A DNA stretch of 64,000 nucleotides, from assembly GCA_032115775.1 (NCBI GenBank), contig JAUMBL010000029.1, positions 1,921 through 65,920 on the forward strand. Direction: 5' to 3'. Below the pieces are notes generated by a model. The model saw nothing but the letters and a program-made list of their open reading frames with translations. It was not told the origin of the DNA and made no database searches. The position numbers and the translations under genes are program-made. Source of the stretch: Saprospiraceae bacterium (GTDB taxonomy: Bacteria > Bacteroidota > Bacteroidia > Chitinophagales > Saprospiraceae). Numbering within the stretch: position 1 is the first letter of the stretch; each line of letters starts with the position of its first letter. Below, piece by piece: positions 8,633 through 19,086 of this stretch.

Positions 8633-11515
8633 ATGGCATTAAAACTTATCAAGGTAGCACGGGAATTCAATGTAGGCTTGCACACGATCGTGGAAACCTT
8701 ACACAGTAAGGGCTTCACGCACGTGGAGGATAAACCTACGGCTGAGATTACCGACGAAATGTTGGTAGTCCTGAAAAAAGAATTTCAAAAAGACCTGGCT
8801 ATCAAGCAAGAAGCGGATAAACTAGCCCGGCCCGTCCTGAAAAAGGAACCGGTAAACGTAGAAACACCCGCAGAAACGCCTCCGCCGCCCAAACCGGTCA
8901 TAGCGCTGCCCCGTCCGGAACCCGTTAAAGAAACGGCTAAACCGCCCGCGCCGGAACCCGCCCCAGCGCCGGAACCCCCCCCAGCCCCCGCGCCGGAACA
9001 AGAACCCCCGCAACGGGAAAGACCCGCGCTCCGTATCGTCGGGAAAATAGACCTCGACGCGCAAAAAAAATCCGCTAAAAAGGAAGAAAAACCCAAAACG
9101 GAATCCAAAAAGGCGGATACGCCGGCGCCAGAAACGCCGAAAGTAACGCCCGTTGCGGAAAAACCCAAGGAGGCCGCTCCGCCACCCGCGATACAAGAAT
9201 CCGCCCCGCCCCCAGCAGAACCGGAAAAACCCGCCGCAGCCAATACGGAGGAGTTTATGCGCGTAGGTGCACCGCAATTGCGCGGACTTAAAATTCTCGG
9301 CCGTGTAAACCTGGATAAACAGAAGGAACCCGTACGCCCCGATAAAAACGCCAATAAAGGCGGCCGCCGGGATGAAAAAGGAAAACCCGGCCAACCCAAC
9401 CGCCCCGCAGGCGCCCCGGGCACACAAGCCGGTAGCAGCAGCGCCGCAGAGGAGGCTAAACGGAAACGCAAGCGCAAAAAGGTTCAGCAGCCTATCACCG
9501 CCGATGCAATCCAAGCATCGCTAACCGGAAATCAGGGCGATAAACGCGGCCGCGGCCGAACACCGGAGGTCAAAGAGGTTTCCCAAAAGGAAATTGAAGA
9601 CAAAATCCGCCAGACAATGGCGCGCATCGGCGCAGGCTCAGGTAAAAAACGCCAAAAAATCCGCCGTGATAAACGGGATATCATGCGCGAAAAAGCCGAA
9701 AAAGCCGAATTGGCCGAACAGGCTAACCAGGGGAAATTGCAGGTCACAGAGTTTATCTCCGTGTCCGACCTGGCCTCGCTCATGAATGTCAAACCCGCCG
9801 ACGTCATTAAAGCCTGTATGAGCCTCGGGATTTTCGTCTCGATCAACCAACGCCTCGACGCCGAAATTATCGAGGTCGTCGCCGGCGAATTCGGCCACCA
9901 GGTGCAGTTCATAAGCGCCGAAGAACAGGTGGAAGTGGAAGAACAAAATGAAGCAGACAACCCCGCAGACCTCCAGTTCCGCCAACCTATCGTGACGGTC
10001 ATGGGACACGTTGACCACGGTAAAACCTCGCTGCTCGACTATATCCGTAACGCAAATGTAGCCGGCGGCGAAGCCGGCGGTATCACGCAGCACATCGGCG
10101 CATACGAAGTGATGGTGGGCGAAGGCGCCGACGCTAAAAAAATTACTTTCCTCGATACCCCGGGTCACGAAGCCTTCACTGCCATGCGCGCCCGCGGTGC
10201 GAAAGTAACGGACGTGGCCGTCATCGTGGTCGCAGCAGACGATAGCATCATGCCGCAAACCCGCGAGGCCATCAGCCACGCCCAGGCCGCCGGCGTCCCC
10301 ATCGTGTTCGCAATCAATAAAATTGATAAAGCGGGCGCCGACCCGGAACGAATCAAAAACGAACTCGCCCAAATGAATTACCTGGTCGAAGATTGGGGCG
10401 GTAAATACCAAAGTCAGGATATCTCCGCTAAAAAAGGTGTCAATATTGATAAACTGCTCGAAAAAATCCTGCTCGAAGCAGAATTGCTCGACCTAAAAGC
10501 AAACCCCAAACGCCGAGCCTCCGGTACCGTGCTGGAAGCCTCGCTCGATAAAGGCCGCGGCTATGTCACTAAAATGCTCGTCGAAAATGGAACGCTCCAC
10601 GACGGCGACCCAATCATCGCCGGCGAACACGCCGGAAAGGTGAAGGCCATGTTTAATGAACGCGGTAAAAAAATCAAAGCCGCAGGCCCCGCTACCCCGG
10701 TGCTCGTCCTGGGCCTCAGCGGCGCTCCACAAGCCGGCGAAACGATTAAAGTAACGCCAAGCGAAGCAGATGCAAAGGAAATCGCGACGAAACGCGCCCA
10801 AATTCTCCGCGAACAGGCTAATCGCGCTAATAAACGCATCAGCCTCGAGGAAATCGGCCGCCGCCTCGCACTCGGAAACTTTAAAGAATTGAACCTGATC
10901 GTGAAAGGCGACGTGGACGGCTCCGTAGAGGCGCTCTCGGATTCGCTGATCAAACTCTCGATGGAGAAAATTCAGGTCAATGTCATCCATAAAGCAGTCG
11001 GCCAAATCGCCGACTCTGATGTCATGCTGGCCTCCGCCTCGGATGCCATTATTATCGGCTTCCAGGTTCGCCCGTCGCTGTCCGCACGCAAACTCGCAGA
11101 AAAAGAAGGCGTGGAAATCAAACTCTACTCCATCATCTACGAGGCCATCGAAGAAATCAAAGCCGCTATGGAAGGGATGCTCGAACCTACCAAGGAGGAG
11201 GAAATCATGGGTCAGGTGGAAGTGCGCGAAGTGTTCAAAATCTCGAAAGTGGGCACCGTCGCCGGTTGCTATGTCCAAGAAGGTAAAATTAACCGCAATA
11301 ACCACATCCGTATCATCCGCGATGGCATCGTAATCTACCCGGTACACGAAGGCCAACACGCCGAAATGGGCTCGCTCAAACGATTCAAAGAGGACGTGAA
11401 GGAGGTGAAAAATGGCATGGAGTGCGGTATCACGATCAAGAATTTCAACGATCTGAAACTGGGCGATGTCATCGAAGCGTATGTCATAAATGAAGTAAAA
11501 GCCACACTGAAGTAG
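8633..11515 (+). CDS. infB: Translation initiation factor IF-2
   Basis: G-domain motifs [22 protein letters not shown] and NKIDK. N-terminal Pro/Ala/Glu/Lys-rich low-complexity region. The track ORF starts at 8276 inside nusA. I chose the in-frame ATG at 8633 ([16 protein letters not shown]), which lies after the nusA stop. Confidence 0.9.
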   Translation: MALKLIKVAREFNVGLHTIVETLHSKGFTHVEDKPTAEITDEMLVVLKKEFQKDLAIKQEADKLARPVLKKEPVNVETPAETPPPPKPVIALPRPEPVKETAKPPAPEPAPAPEPPPAPAPEQEPPQRERPALRIVGKIDLDAQKKSAKKEEKPKTESKKADTPAPETPKVTPVAEKPKEAAPPPAIQESAPPPAEPEKPAAANTEEFMRVGAPQLRGLKILGRVNLDKQKEPVRPDKNANKGGRRDEKGKPGQPNRPAGAPGTQAGSSSAAEEAKRKRKRKKVQQPITADAIQASLTGNQGDKRGRGRTPEVKEVSQKEIEDKIRQTMARIGAGSGKKRQKIRRDKRDIMREKAEKAELAEQANQGKLQVTEFISVSDLASLMNVKPADVIKACMSLGIFVSINQRLDAEIIEVVAGEFGHQVQFISAEEQVEVEEQNEADNPADLQFRQPIVTVMGHVDHGKTSLLDYIRNANVAGGEAGGITQHIGAYEVMVGEGADAKKITFLDTPGHEAFTAMRARGAKVTDVAVIVVAADDSIMPQTREAISHAQAAGVPIVFAINKIDKAGADPERIKNELAQMNYLVEDWGGKYQSQDISAKKGVNIDKLLEKILLEAELLDLKANPKRRASGTVLEASLDKGRGYVTKMLVENGTLHDGDPIIAGEHAGKVKAMFNERGKKIKAAGPATPVLVLGLSGAPQAGETIKVTPSEADAKEIATKRAQILREQANRANKRISLEEIGRRLALGNFKELNLIVKGDVDGSVEALSDSLIKLSMEKIQVNVIHKAVGQIADSDVMLASASDAIIIGFQVRPSLSARKLAEKEGVEIKLYSIIYEAIEEIKAAMEGMLEPTKEEEIMGQVEVREVFKISKVGTVAGCYVQEGKINRNNHIRIIRDGIVIYPVHEGQHAEMGSLKRFKEDVKEVKNGMECGITIKNFNDLKLGDVIEAYVINEVKATLK

Positions 11516-11552
11516 TATAGACCAACTGCCTTCAGTCAGACGCGCGTAAACT

Positions 11553-12416
11553 ATGAAGGGCATTATCCTCGCAGGCGGCCTCGGCACCAGGCTCTACCCA
11601 CTCACGCTCGCCGTGAGCAAACAACTCATGCCGGTGTACGACAAGCCCATGATCTATTACCCCCTGAGCACGCTCATGCTGGGCGGGATCCGGGATATCC
11701 TGATCATCTCTACGCCGGAAGACCTGCCAAAGTTTCAACAACTGTTCGGCGATGGCAGCGAACTGGGGATGAATTTCTCCTACGCGCCGCAATATGTCCC
11801 GAACGGCTTGGCGCAGGCTTTCGTGCTGGGCGAAACGTTCGTCGGCGCCGATGACGCCGCGCTCATCCTCGGGGATAATATTTTCTACGGCGCCGGACTG
11901 GGCGAACTGGTGCGCGCCTGCACCCGACCGGATGGCGGCATCATCTTCGCTTACCAGGTCGCCGACCCCGAACGCTATGGCGTGGTGGAATTCGACGCCC
12001 AACTGCGCGCCATCAGCATCGAGGAAAAACCCAGGCAGCCTAAAAGCCACTTCGCCGTACCCGGACTCTATTTCTACGACAATTCAGTCATTGACATCGC
12101 TAAAAACCTCCAACCCAGCCCCCGCGGCGAATATGAAATTACCGATGTCAATCGGATTTATCTCGAACAAGCCCGCCTCCAGGTGCGCGTAATGGGCCGC
12201 GGCTATGCCTGGCTCGATACCGGAACGCATGAATCGCTGATGCAGGCCGGCCAATTCGTCCAGGCAATCGAAGACCGCCAAGGCCTCAAAATCGGCTGTA
12301 TCGAGGAAATTGCCTGGGAAATGGGCTTTATTGATAATGCCGGCCTCGAACGCTTAGCGCATAAATACATCAAAAGCGGATACGGAGAATATCTCCTGCG
12401 GCTGCTTACCTATTGA
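11553..12416 (+). CDS. rfbA: Glucose-1-phosphate thymidylyltransferase
   Basis: 287 aa. N-terminal [17 protein letters not shown]...[18 protein letters not shown] is typical of RfbA/RmlA. Confidence 0.9.
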   Translation: MKGIILAGGLGTRLYPLTLAVSKQLMPVYDKPMIYYPLSTLMLGGIRDILIISTPEDLPKFQQLFGDGSELGMNFSYAPQYVPNGLAQAFVLGETFVGADDAALILGDNIFYGAGLGELVRACTRPDGGIIFAYQVADPERYGVVEFDAQLRAISIEEKPRQPKSHFAVPGLYFYDNSVIDIAKNLQPSPRGEYEITDVNRIYLEQARLQVRVMGRGYAWLDTGTHESLMQAGQFVQAIEDRQGLKIGCIEEIAWEMGFIDNAGLERLAHKYIKSGYGEYLLRLLTY

Positions 12417-12442
12417 TATTGATCGGAACGGACGCCATAATT

Positions 12443-13051
12443 ATGCTTCGATACGCAACGCTGCTCATACTCGCCCTCGGTCTGCACCTCCAACTCGCAG
12501 CCCAAACAACGCTCCAACGCGGAACGGTGCGCTTTTACCTGGAAGGCGCAGCCGCAGATAAAGGGGAAAAAACCGCGGTCTATACGGTGTATTTTAAACC
12601 GGATACCGCCACGGCCGTACTCGGACTGGTCTCCGGAGAAGAAGCCCTCACAATCATTTACGACTTTCCCACCCGAATCGCCTACAACGTATTTAAAGAA
12701 GCAGGTCGGGCAAGTGTCATCCCCATCTCATTGGAAGAAATATCCGCCTCTTCGGAGGAACTCGACTATAAAGTCACAATGCTGGACGTTACCCGGGATA
12801 TCCTCGGCTATACCTGCAAACCAGTGCGTATCCAACCGGCCGACCCCACCGCCGGCGGACTGCGCATCAGCGCCTGGGTAACGACCGAAATTGATTCTCC
12901 GTTTAAAGTCTTGGCCGGGATGGAAAAATATTTCCCGGGCTTCCCGCTGGAATGTTCCGTCAAACAGGCAGAAGGCACAGAGGAAGTGGTGTACCGCGCG
13001 TTCGCCGTGGAAAAAAATGCGCCGGAAGCCCTGTTCGTGATCCCGCGATAA
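12443..13051 (+). CDS. Hypothetical secreted protein
   Basis: The ATG at 12443 gives a signal peptide MLRYATLLILALGLHLQLAAQ. The track start at 12413 is a TTG overlapping the rfbA stop. No family recognised. Confidence 0.6.
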   Translation: MLRYATLLILALGLHLQLAAQTTLQRGTVRFYLEGAAADKGEKTAVYTVYFKPDTATAVLGLVSGEEALTIIYDFPTRIAYNVFKEAGRASVIPISLEEISASSEELDYKVTMLDVTRDILGYTCKPVRIQPADPTAGGLRISAWVTTEIDSPFKVLAGMEKYFPGFPLECSVKQAEGTEEVVYRAFAVEKNAPEALFVIPR

Positions 13052-13061
13052 CCGTGCCGCC

Positions 13062-14861
13062 TTATTGCAAGCTGTCGCCTCGTAAAATCCGATACCGCTT
13101 TCGAGCCTCCACCGCAAAAACCGACCCGGAATACTCTACGAAGATTTTCTCATAGAGCTCTTTTGCTTTTTCCGGGTTGTTAAGCTGCCGTTCCTCCAAT
13201 TGAGCCAAGGCAAACAGGGAATTGTCCGCCCGGATATCTTTGGGATATTTTTCCACAATTTGTCGGTAAATCACAGCAGCAGGTTCCCACTCGCGCTTTT
13301 TTTCGTGAATCTGCGCCTCCAAAAAGAGGATGTCGTCCTGCAAAGCATGCTCCGGGAAACCGCTCCGCAAACTGTCTAACTGCGCAAGCGCCTCCTCAAA
13401 GCGATTCTGAAAAACCAGCATCTCGGCGCCGGCGTACAAGGTAATGGCGTCGGCGGTGGTATCGAGGTTGAGGTTGTCCATGACGAACACCGAAAGATCC
13501 AGCGCATCGTTGGAAATCAACTTGGAGGTGGAGGCCTTCAGCACGTCAAATTGGGCTTGTGCCCACTGAAAATCCCCGTTAAAATAAGATAATTTAGCGT
13601 TTTTAAAACGCGCTTCCTGGCCGAGCGGCTCTTCCTTAAAGTCCTTATCTACCTGACTGTACAGGAGGGTGCTCTCCCAAATCTCGCCCTGCATTAAATA
13701 ATAATCGGCCAGATTGATTTTGACGCGGGCCAGGTTGTCCCGATTAATCCCGGGCGCTTGGCGAAGTTCGTCGAGCAGCGTCGTTGCTTTAGGCAGGTTG
13801 TTGAGGTAGCGAGCCTCCAGATCCGCCAGTTCGAGTACAATCGCCGCGGTTTGCTTCCCGCTTCCATACTGGCTGAGAAACTGCTCGTACTCCGATTCCA
13901 GCGTCCGAAGGTCGGTATCCGTGTAAGAAAATCCCTCCGTAATCTTGCTCCGGCGGCAATTCATCACCGCCCGCTTCGATTCGAAGAAAAAAAGGTTCGA
14001 CGAACCTTTTTCATCAATAATAAATTCATACGCACTGATTGCCGTGTCGTACTCTTTGTTTGCCGCAGCGTCGCCGGCCAGTTTGAAAATCCGCTGGCCG
14101 TTTTCACCCAGCTGCTTGTCGAGCGCTTTGTATTGTCGAAGCGCGTTTTTAAAGTCCATTTGCTGGATAAAAGACCAAGCCAGCAATTCGATCATATCGG
14201 GATTGCCGTTTTTTTGGATGCGGTCGTACAACTGGGTTTGCAACTCGGGAATATCCTCGGCGCCGAGAAAACGAGCCAGGTAGGACTCCACCGTCGATAA
14301 TTTACCCGGATCGCCCTCCAGCGCGTGAAGATAATTTTCCACCATTTTGGCGTTATTACCCTGGCGACGGTAAAGTTCGCCCAAGTTAAAGGCAAATCGG
14401 TTCGGATCGTTGAGCGCCTTAGCGCCCCGTTCATACGTCGCGATCGCAAAATCAAATTTTCCCTCTTTGGTAAAAGCGGCAGCCAGGCGGGTCACGGCGG
14501 AAAAATCCGGCGTCATTTTGTCTATCGCCGTCTGATATTGTACCTTAGCCGCGTCGAATTTGCCTTGGCGGTCGAGCAGCGTGCCAAATGTGACATACAG
14601 TTGAACGTTGCCGGCGTTTTTCTTTATCTCTCTTCGGAGCGCTTTTTCGCCTTCTTCGTACCGCTCCAGGTTTTGCAGGCAAGCGATGTACTGCCCGAAA
14701 TAATAATCATTCCGATTGTCCTTGTTGAACAACTCTTCATATAAAACAGCGGCCTTTTCATATTCGCCATTTGAAAAATACTGGTTTGCCAGGTTCGGGT
14801 CCTGAGCCTGAAGCGCGCCGGCGCTCCACAGCGCAGCCCAAAAAATCCACAGACGAATCAT
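13062..14861 (-). CDS. Tetratricopeptide-repeat (TPR) protein, secreted
   Basis: 599 aa. Signal peptide MIRLWIFWAALWSAGALQAQ. Repeated A/Y/L-patterned 34-aa helical repeats (for example YFSNGEYEKAAVLYEE). Confidence 0.75.
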   Translation of the reverse strand: MIRLWIFWAALWSAGALQAQDPNLANQYFSNGEYEKAAVLYEELFNKDNRNDYYFGQYIACLQNLERYEEGEKALRREIKKNAGNVQLYVTFGTLLDRQGKFDAAKVQYQTAIDKMTPDFSAVTRLAAAFTKEGKFDFAIATYERGAKALNDPNRFAFNLGELYRRQGNNAKMVENYLHALEGDPGKLSTVESYLARFLGAEDIPELQTQLYDRIQKNGNPDMIELLAWSFIQQMDFKNALRQYKALDKQLGENGQRIFKLAGDAAANKEYDTAISAYEFIIDEKGSSNLFFFESKRAVMNCRRSKITEGFSYTDTDLRTLESEYEQFLSQYGSGKQTAAIVLELADLEARYLNNLPKATTLLDELRQAPGINRDNLARVKINLADYYLMQGEIWESTLLYSQVDKDFKEEPLGQEARFKNAKLSYFNGDFQWAQAQFDVLKASTSKLISNDALDLSVFVMDNLNLDTTADAITLYAGAEMLVFQNRFEEALAQLDSLRSGFPEHALQDDILFLEAQIHEKKREWEPAAVIYRQIVEKYPKDIRADNSLFALAQLEERQLNNPEKAKELYEKIFVEYSGSVFAVEARKRYRILRGDSLQ

Positions 14862-14879
14862 GGTATATGTTTATTTTTG

Positions 14880-14903
14880 AGAAACTGTTTTAAAACAGTT
14901 TCT
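14880..14903. promoter_or_regulatory. Perfect 24-bp palindrome AGAAACTGTTTTAAAACAGTTTCT in the divergent promoter region
   Basis: Self-complementary over all 24 positions. It ends 18 nt upstream of the TPR gene ATG (14861). The half-site AAAACAGTTTCT recurs at 42140-42151 and 51876-51887. Confidence 0.5.
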
Positions 14904-15035
14904 AACGGGTTTGGGTCGCAAAGTTATCGGAAATAACGCAGGAAAATGGTCTTGTGTTTTATTTACCCTGCAATGCATCAAAAAAATGCGTACAATTTTC
15001 AAAGATCACCTTCGCATACGTTGAAATTTCTTTTC

Positions 15036-17228
15036 ATGCTCTCTCGCTTGCTGTTTTTTCTACTGCTGTCCCTTCGCCTGCCGGCGCAGTCGCCTACCAT
15101 TATCCTGCCGGCCGCTCCGTCGGAATCTGACCGCCGGGCCGCTAAGGTATTGCAACATTACCTGCGCGCCATCACCAATCGCCAGGTGACCGTGGAAGAG
15201 GGGGTAGTACAGGCCGACAAACCGCTGATTTTTATTGGAAAACAAGCGGCGACCCGCCTTTTTGGACTTCAGCCGGCGCCGGAACTGACGCCGGACGCCT
15301 ATTTTCTACAAGGTAAAGAAAATGTATTCGGAATCGTCGGCGGAGGGGAAAACGGCGCAGAATACGGGGTTTATACGCTGTTGGAAATGCTGGGCTGTAG
15401 AAAATTCAGTCCCCGCGACTCGATTCTTCCCTATCTGCCCGATCTCGCGCTGCCCGATCTCCCGCCACTGCTCGAAAAACCGGCTTTCGCCTACCGCGAA
15501 CTGCACTACGAACCGGCATACGACCCAGCTTGGGCGCGCTGGCATAAACTGATCCCGAAATCGGAAAAGGAACAGGCCTGGGGCATGTTCGTCCATACGT
15601 TCGACAAACTCTGCCCGCCGGAAAAATTCTTTTCCACGCACCCGGAATTTTTTAGCTGGAACGGCGCGCAATACTCCAAAGGCCAATTGTGCCTGTCGAA
15701 CGATACGGTGCTGCAAATCGTTACCGCCGGCCTGCGCACCCGCATCGCCGAAAAACCGACCGCCAAATACTGGTCGGTAAGTCAAAATGATAATTATGAC
15801 TACTGTAAATGCACTCGCTGCGCAGCCTCCGATACGCGATACGGCAGCCCCGCCGGCACCCTGCTGGCTTTCGTAAACAAGGTGGCCGCCGCTTTCCCCA
15901 ACATCACCATCAGTACCCTCGCCTACCAGTACACCCGTACGGCGCCCAAAGGAATCAAACCCGCCCCCAATGTGAGCGTCTGCCTGTGCAGCATCGAGTG
16001 CGACCGTGCGCAATCCATCGAAAGCAGCTGCCCGGATTTTGCGCGCGATCTGCAGGCGTGGTCGGCTATCACCTCCAACCTCATGATCTGGGACTATGTG
16101 GTGCAGTTCCGATCCTACGTCAGCCCGTTCCCAAACTGGAAATCGCTGCAGCCGAATGTGCAACTCTTTCGCCAATACGGAACGCGCATGCTGTTCGAAC
16201 AAGGCTCCGGGAATTGCCGCAGCGAATTTTCCGACCTGCGCGCCTACCTCCTGGCCAAATTAATGTGGAACCCGGATATCAATCTCGATTCCGTTCAGCA
16301 GGAATTCGCCGCTGCGTACTATGGCGCCGCCAACGCCGCGGTACTGAACTGGATTAATCAGGCAAACAGCGCCCTGGAACGCGGCGGCCGGCGACTCTGG
16401 ATTTACGACGTCCCGCAAAACGAGGCTTTTCTGCGCCCACCGGCGATGGATCCGCCGCTGAAAATGCAACTCACGAATCTGAGTATCCTGCCGGAAGGCG
16501 CCAAATTGACCCGCGCACAGGAAAGCCGCCACCGCGAAGCCTGCCTGCCGCTAATGTTTGCGCTGCTCGAACAAGCTAAAACGGACACCACGCTCTTCCC
16601 ACCCGCGCCTAACGGCCGCGAGGGCTGGGTCGCCATGCTGCAGGCATTCGCCGACGGCTGTAAGGACGCCGGGATCGTGACCCTCCACGAAAACCAGTAT
16701 CCGCCCGAACAGTTTTTGCAGGACTATACCGCATTTATGCAAAAACAAAAAGCTGCCGGCCGATCCGTCGCCCACAGTCCCGTACTCGCCGTGCCCGCCG
16801 CGCCCAAATACGCCAAAGGTGATCCCGAAGAACTCGTCAACCGCCGCGTCGGCGAAACGGATTATCGGTACAACTGGCTGGGATTCGAAGGCGCCGACCT
16901 GGACGCCACCGTCCAACTGCGCAAAGACTCCGTCAGCCGGATTATCGTGGCCTTCCTCCAAGATCAGGCATCGTGGATTTTTCTGCCCGCCTCCGTTACG
17001 GTGGAGATTTCCACCGATGGGAAAAAATTCGAAACGGTTCGTCAGGAATCTATTCAAATCACCCCGGATGGGAAAAAATCGCTCCGCACCATCCTGGTGC
17101 AACTGGACGCGCCCCGCCCCGCCCGGTATGTCCGAATTCGGGCAGTAAATCTGAAAAAATGTCCCGCTTGGCATCCCGGAAATGGCAATCCCTGCTGGAT
17201 ATTCGCCGACGAAATTATTGCAGAATAA
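15036..17228 (+). CDS. DUF4838-family putative glycoside hydrolase with a C-terminal discoidin (F5/8 type C)-like domain
   Basis: The ATG at 15036 gives a signal peptide MLSRLLFFLLLSLRLPAQS. The core YWSVSQNDNYDYCKCTRCAASD...LAFVNKVAAAFPN...STLAYQYT matches my memory of DUF4838. The C-terminal roughly 140 aa look like a beta-sandwich. Confidence 0.65.
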   Translation: MLSRLLFFLLLSLRLPAQSPTIILPAAPSESDRRAAKVLQHYLRAITNRQVTVEEGVVQADKPLIFIGKQAATRLFGLQPAPELTPDAYFLQGKENVFGIVGGGENGAEYGVYTLLEMLGCRKFSPRDSILPYLPDLALPDLPPLLEKPAFAYRELHYEPAYDPAWARWHKLIPKSEKEQAWGMFVHTFDKLCPPEKFFSTHPEFFSWNGAQYSKGQLCLSNDTVLQIVTAGLRTRIAEKPTAKYWSVSQNDNYDYCKCTRCAASDTRYGSPAGTLLAFVNKVAAAFPNITISTLAYQYTRTAPKGIKPAPNVSVCLCSIECDRAQSIESSCPDFARDLQAWSAITSNLMIWDYVVQFRSYVSPFPNWKSLQPNVQLFRQYGTRMLFEQGSGNCRSEFSDLRAYLLAKLMWNPDINLDSVQQEFAAAYYGAANAAVLNWINQANSALERGGRRLWIYDVPQNEAFLRPPAMDPPLKMQLTNLSILPEGAKLTRAQESRHREACLPLMFALLEQAKTDTTLFPPAPNGREGWVAMLQAFADGCKDAGIVTLHENQYPPEQFLQDYTAFMQKQKAAGRSVAHSPVLAVPAAPKYAKGDPEELVNRRVGETDYRYNWLGFEGADLDATVQLRKDSVSRIIVAFLQDQASWIFLPASVTVEISTDGKKFETVRQESIQITPDGKKSLRTILVQLDAPRPARYVRIRAVNLKKCPAWHPGNGNPCWIFADEIIAE

Positions 17229-17256
17229 TCCGTAATCAGTTATTGATCTTTTTTAC

Positions 17257-19065
17257 ATGACGACCGAACAATTCCGCGCCTTTTCCCCGCGTATTCCCAC
17301 CGATCCCGGGATTTACAAATTCCTCGATCCGGAAGGTGTTATCTTGTACGTCGGTAAAGCAAAGAATCTCCGCAACCGACTGAATTCTTATTTCGGCGAT
17401 AAAAATAACCACACAGCCAAAACTAAGGCGCTGGTTCGGCACGCGCATCAGATCGAATTTACGATTGTGGAAACCGAAACCGATGCGCTGCTGCTGGAAA
17501 ATACCCTCATCAAAAAACACCAGCCTCGGTATAATGTCATGCTGAAGGACGAAAAGTCGCCGCTCAGCTATATCTGTATCAAAAACGAACCCTTCCCGCG
17601 GGTTTTCCTGACCCGCAAAACGATCCGCGACGGCTCCCACTACTTCGGCCCATACCTTTCCCGGAACCGCGTCGCGCAAATAATCGAACTCATCCGAAAA
17701 TTGTTCCAGCTCCGAACTTGCGCCCTGAACCTCACGCAAAGTAATATCCAAAAAGGAAAATTCAAAGTCTGTCTCGAATATCATATTAAAAACTGCGCCG
17801 GCCCTTGTGCCGCCCTGGAATCGGAAGCGGCCTACAACCGAAAAATCGAACAAATAAAAAATGTCTTGAAAGGCAATTTCGCCGCAGTAAAAAACCACCT
17901 GCGGGAAGAAATGCAGCGGTATGCCGAAAATCTCCAGTTCGAACAGGCGCAACTCGCCAAAGAAAAACTCTCGCTCTTTGAAGACTATCAGGGGAAAAGT
18001 ACCGTGGTAAACCCCGCCATTCGCGATGTGGACGTGTTTTCGATTGCCGCCGACGAACAAGAAGCGTACGTAAATTACCTCAAGGTGGTTAATGGCGCGG
18101 TGATCAATACCTACACGCTCACGCTGACCAAAAACCTGGACGAAGATCAAGAAACCCTGCTGGTGTATGCCGTCCAAAAATTGCGGGAAAAATTCAGCAG
18201 CATCACCCGGGAAATCATCGCGCCCTTCCCGTTTTCACTACCCGAGGGAGCGGACGTACTCGTCACAGCGCCAAAAATCGGCGACAAACGCAAACTGCTC
18301 GACCTGTCCGAAAAAAATGTCCAATACCATCTTCTCCAGCGCAAACGGGAGGCCATGAACCGCGCCGGCAAACAAACGCCCGCAGAACGAATACTCCGTA
18401 GTTTGCAGACGGACTTGAATATGGCCGAACTGCCGCTGCATATCGAATGTTTCGATAACTCGAATATCCACGGGACGAACCCTGTGTCCGCTTGCGTCGT
18501 GTTTAAAAATGCCAAACCCTCCAAGCGGGATTACCGACATTACAACGTGAAAACCGTGGAAGGCCCCAATGATTTCGCCTCCATGGAAGAGGTGGTGTAC
18601 CGCCGTTACAAACGCCTGCTCGACGAGCAACAGCCGCTCCCCCAACTCATAGTGATTGACGGCGGGAAAGGCCAACTCTCCGCCGCGATGCAAAGCCTCC
18701 GCACACTCGGGTTAAACGGCCGCGTGACGGTGATCGGAATCGCCAAAAAACTCGAAGAAATTTATTTTCCGGAAGACCCCCTGCCCCTGCACATCAACAA
18801 AAAATCGGAATCGCTCAAACTCATCCAGCAGGCGCGCAACGAAGCCCACCGTTTTGCCATCACGTTTCACCGCGACAAACGCAGCAAGCAATTTATTCAA
18901 ACGGAACTCACGAATATCCCGGGCGTCGGTCAAAAAACCGCAGAGAAATTGCTCCGGCACTTCGGATCCGTCGCGCAGCTGCGCGAAGCCCCAGCGGAAG
19001 AACTCGAAAAAGTGGCCGGCAAAAAAGCGTTCGCCGGGATCAAAACGTACTTTGAAAACCAGTGA
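17257..19065 (+). CDS. uvrC: Excinuclease ABC subunit C
   Basis: 602 aa. GIY-YIG N-terminus (GIYKFLDPEGVILYVGKAKNLRNRLNSY), UVR region, and C-terminal HhH (IPGVGQKTAEKLLRHFGS). Confidence 0.95.
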   Translation: MTTEQFRAFSPRIPTDPGIYKFLDPEGVILYVGKAKNLRNRLNSYFGDKNNHTAKTKALVRHAHQIEFTIVETETDALLLENTLIKKHQPRYNVMLKDEKSPLSYICIKNEPFPRVFLTRKTIRDGSHYFGPYLSRNRVAQIIELIRKLFQLRTCALNLTQSNIQKGKFKVCLEYHIKNCAGPCAALESEAAYNRKIEQIKNVLKGNFAAVKNHLREEMQRYAENLQFEQAQLAKEKLSLFEDYQGKSTVVNPAIRDVDVFSIAADEQEAYVNYLKVVNGAVINTYTLTLTKNLDEDQETLLVYAVQKLREKFSSITREIIAPFPFSLPEGADVLVTAPKIGDKRKLLDLSEKNVQYHLLQRKREAMNRAGKQTPAERILRSLQTDLNMAELPLHIECFDNSNIHGTNPVSACVVFKNAKPSKRDYRHYNVKTVEGPNDFASMEEVVYRRYKRLLDEQQPLPQLIVIDGGKGQLSAAMQSLRTLGLNGRVTVIGIAKKLEEIYFPEDPLPLHINKKSESLKLIQQARNEAHRFAITFHRDKRSKQFIQTELTNIPGVGQKTAEKLLRHFGSVAQLREAPAEELEKVAGKKAFAGIKTYFENQ

Positions 19066-19086
19066 AAGTATTGCCCCAATCCGCAA

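Noticed and set aside
10493-11587. 364-aa minus-strand ORF (also 9638-10411, 8785-9514)
   Set aside because: These are antisense shadows of infB, whose G-domain motifs are unambiguous on the + strand.
15306-16202. 298-aa minus-strand ORF
   Set aside because: Antisense shadow of the DUF4838-family gene.
17236-18177. 313-aa minus-strand ORF
   Set aside because: Antisense shadow of uvrC (GIY-YIG and HhH motifs are on the + strand).
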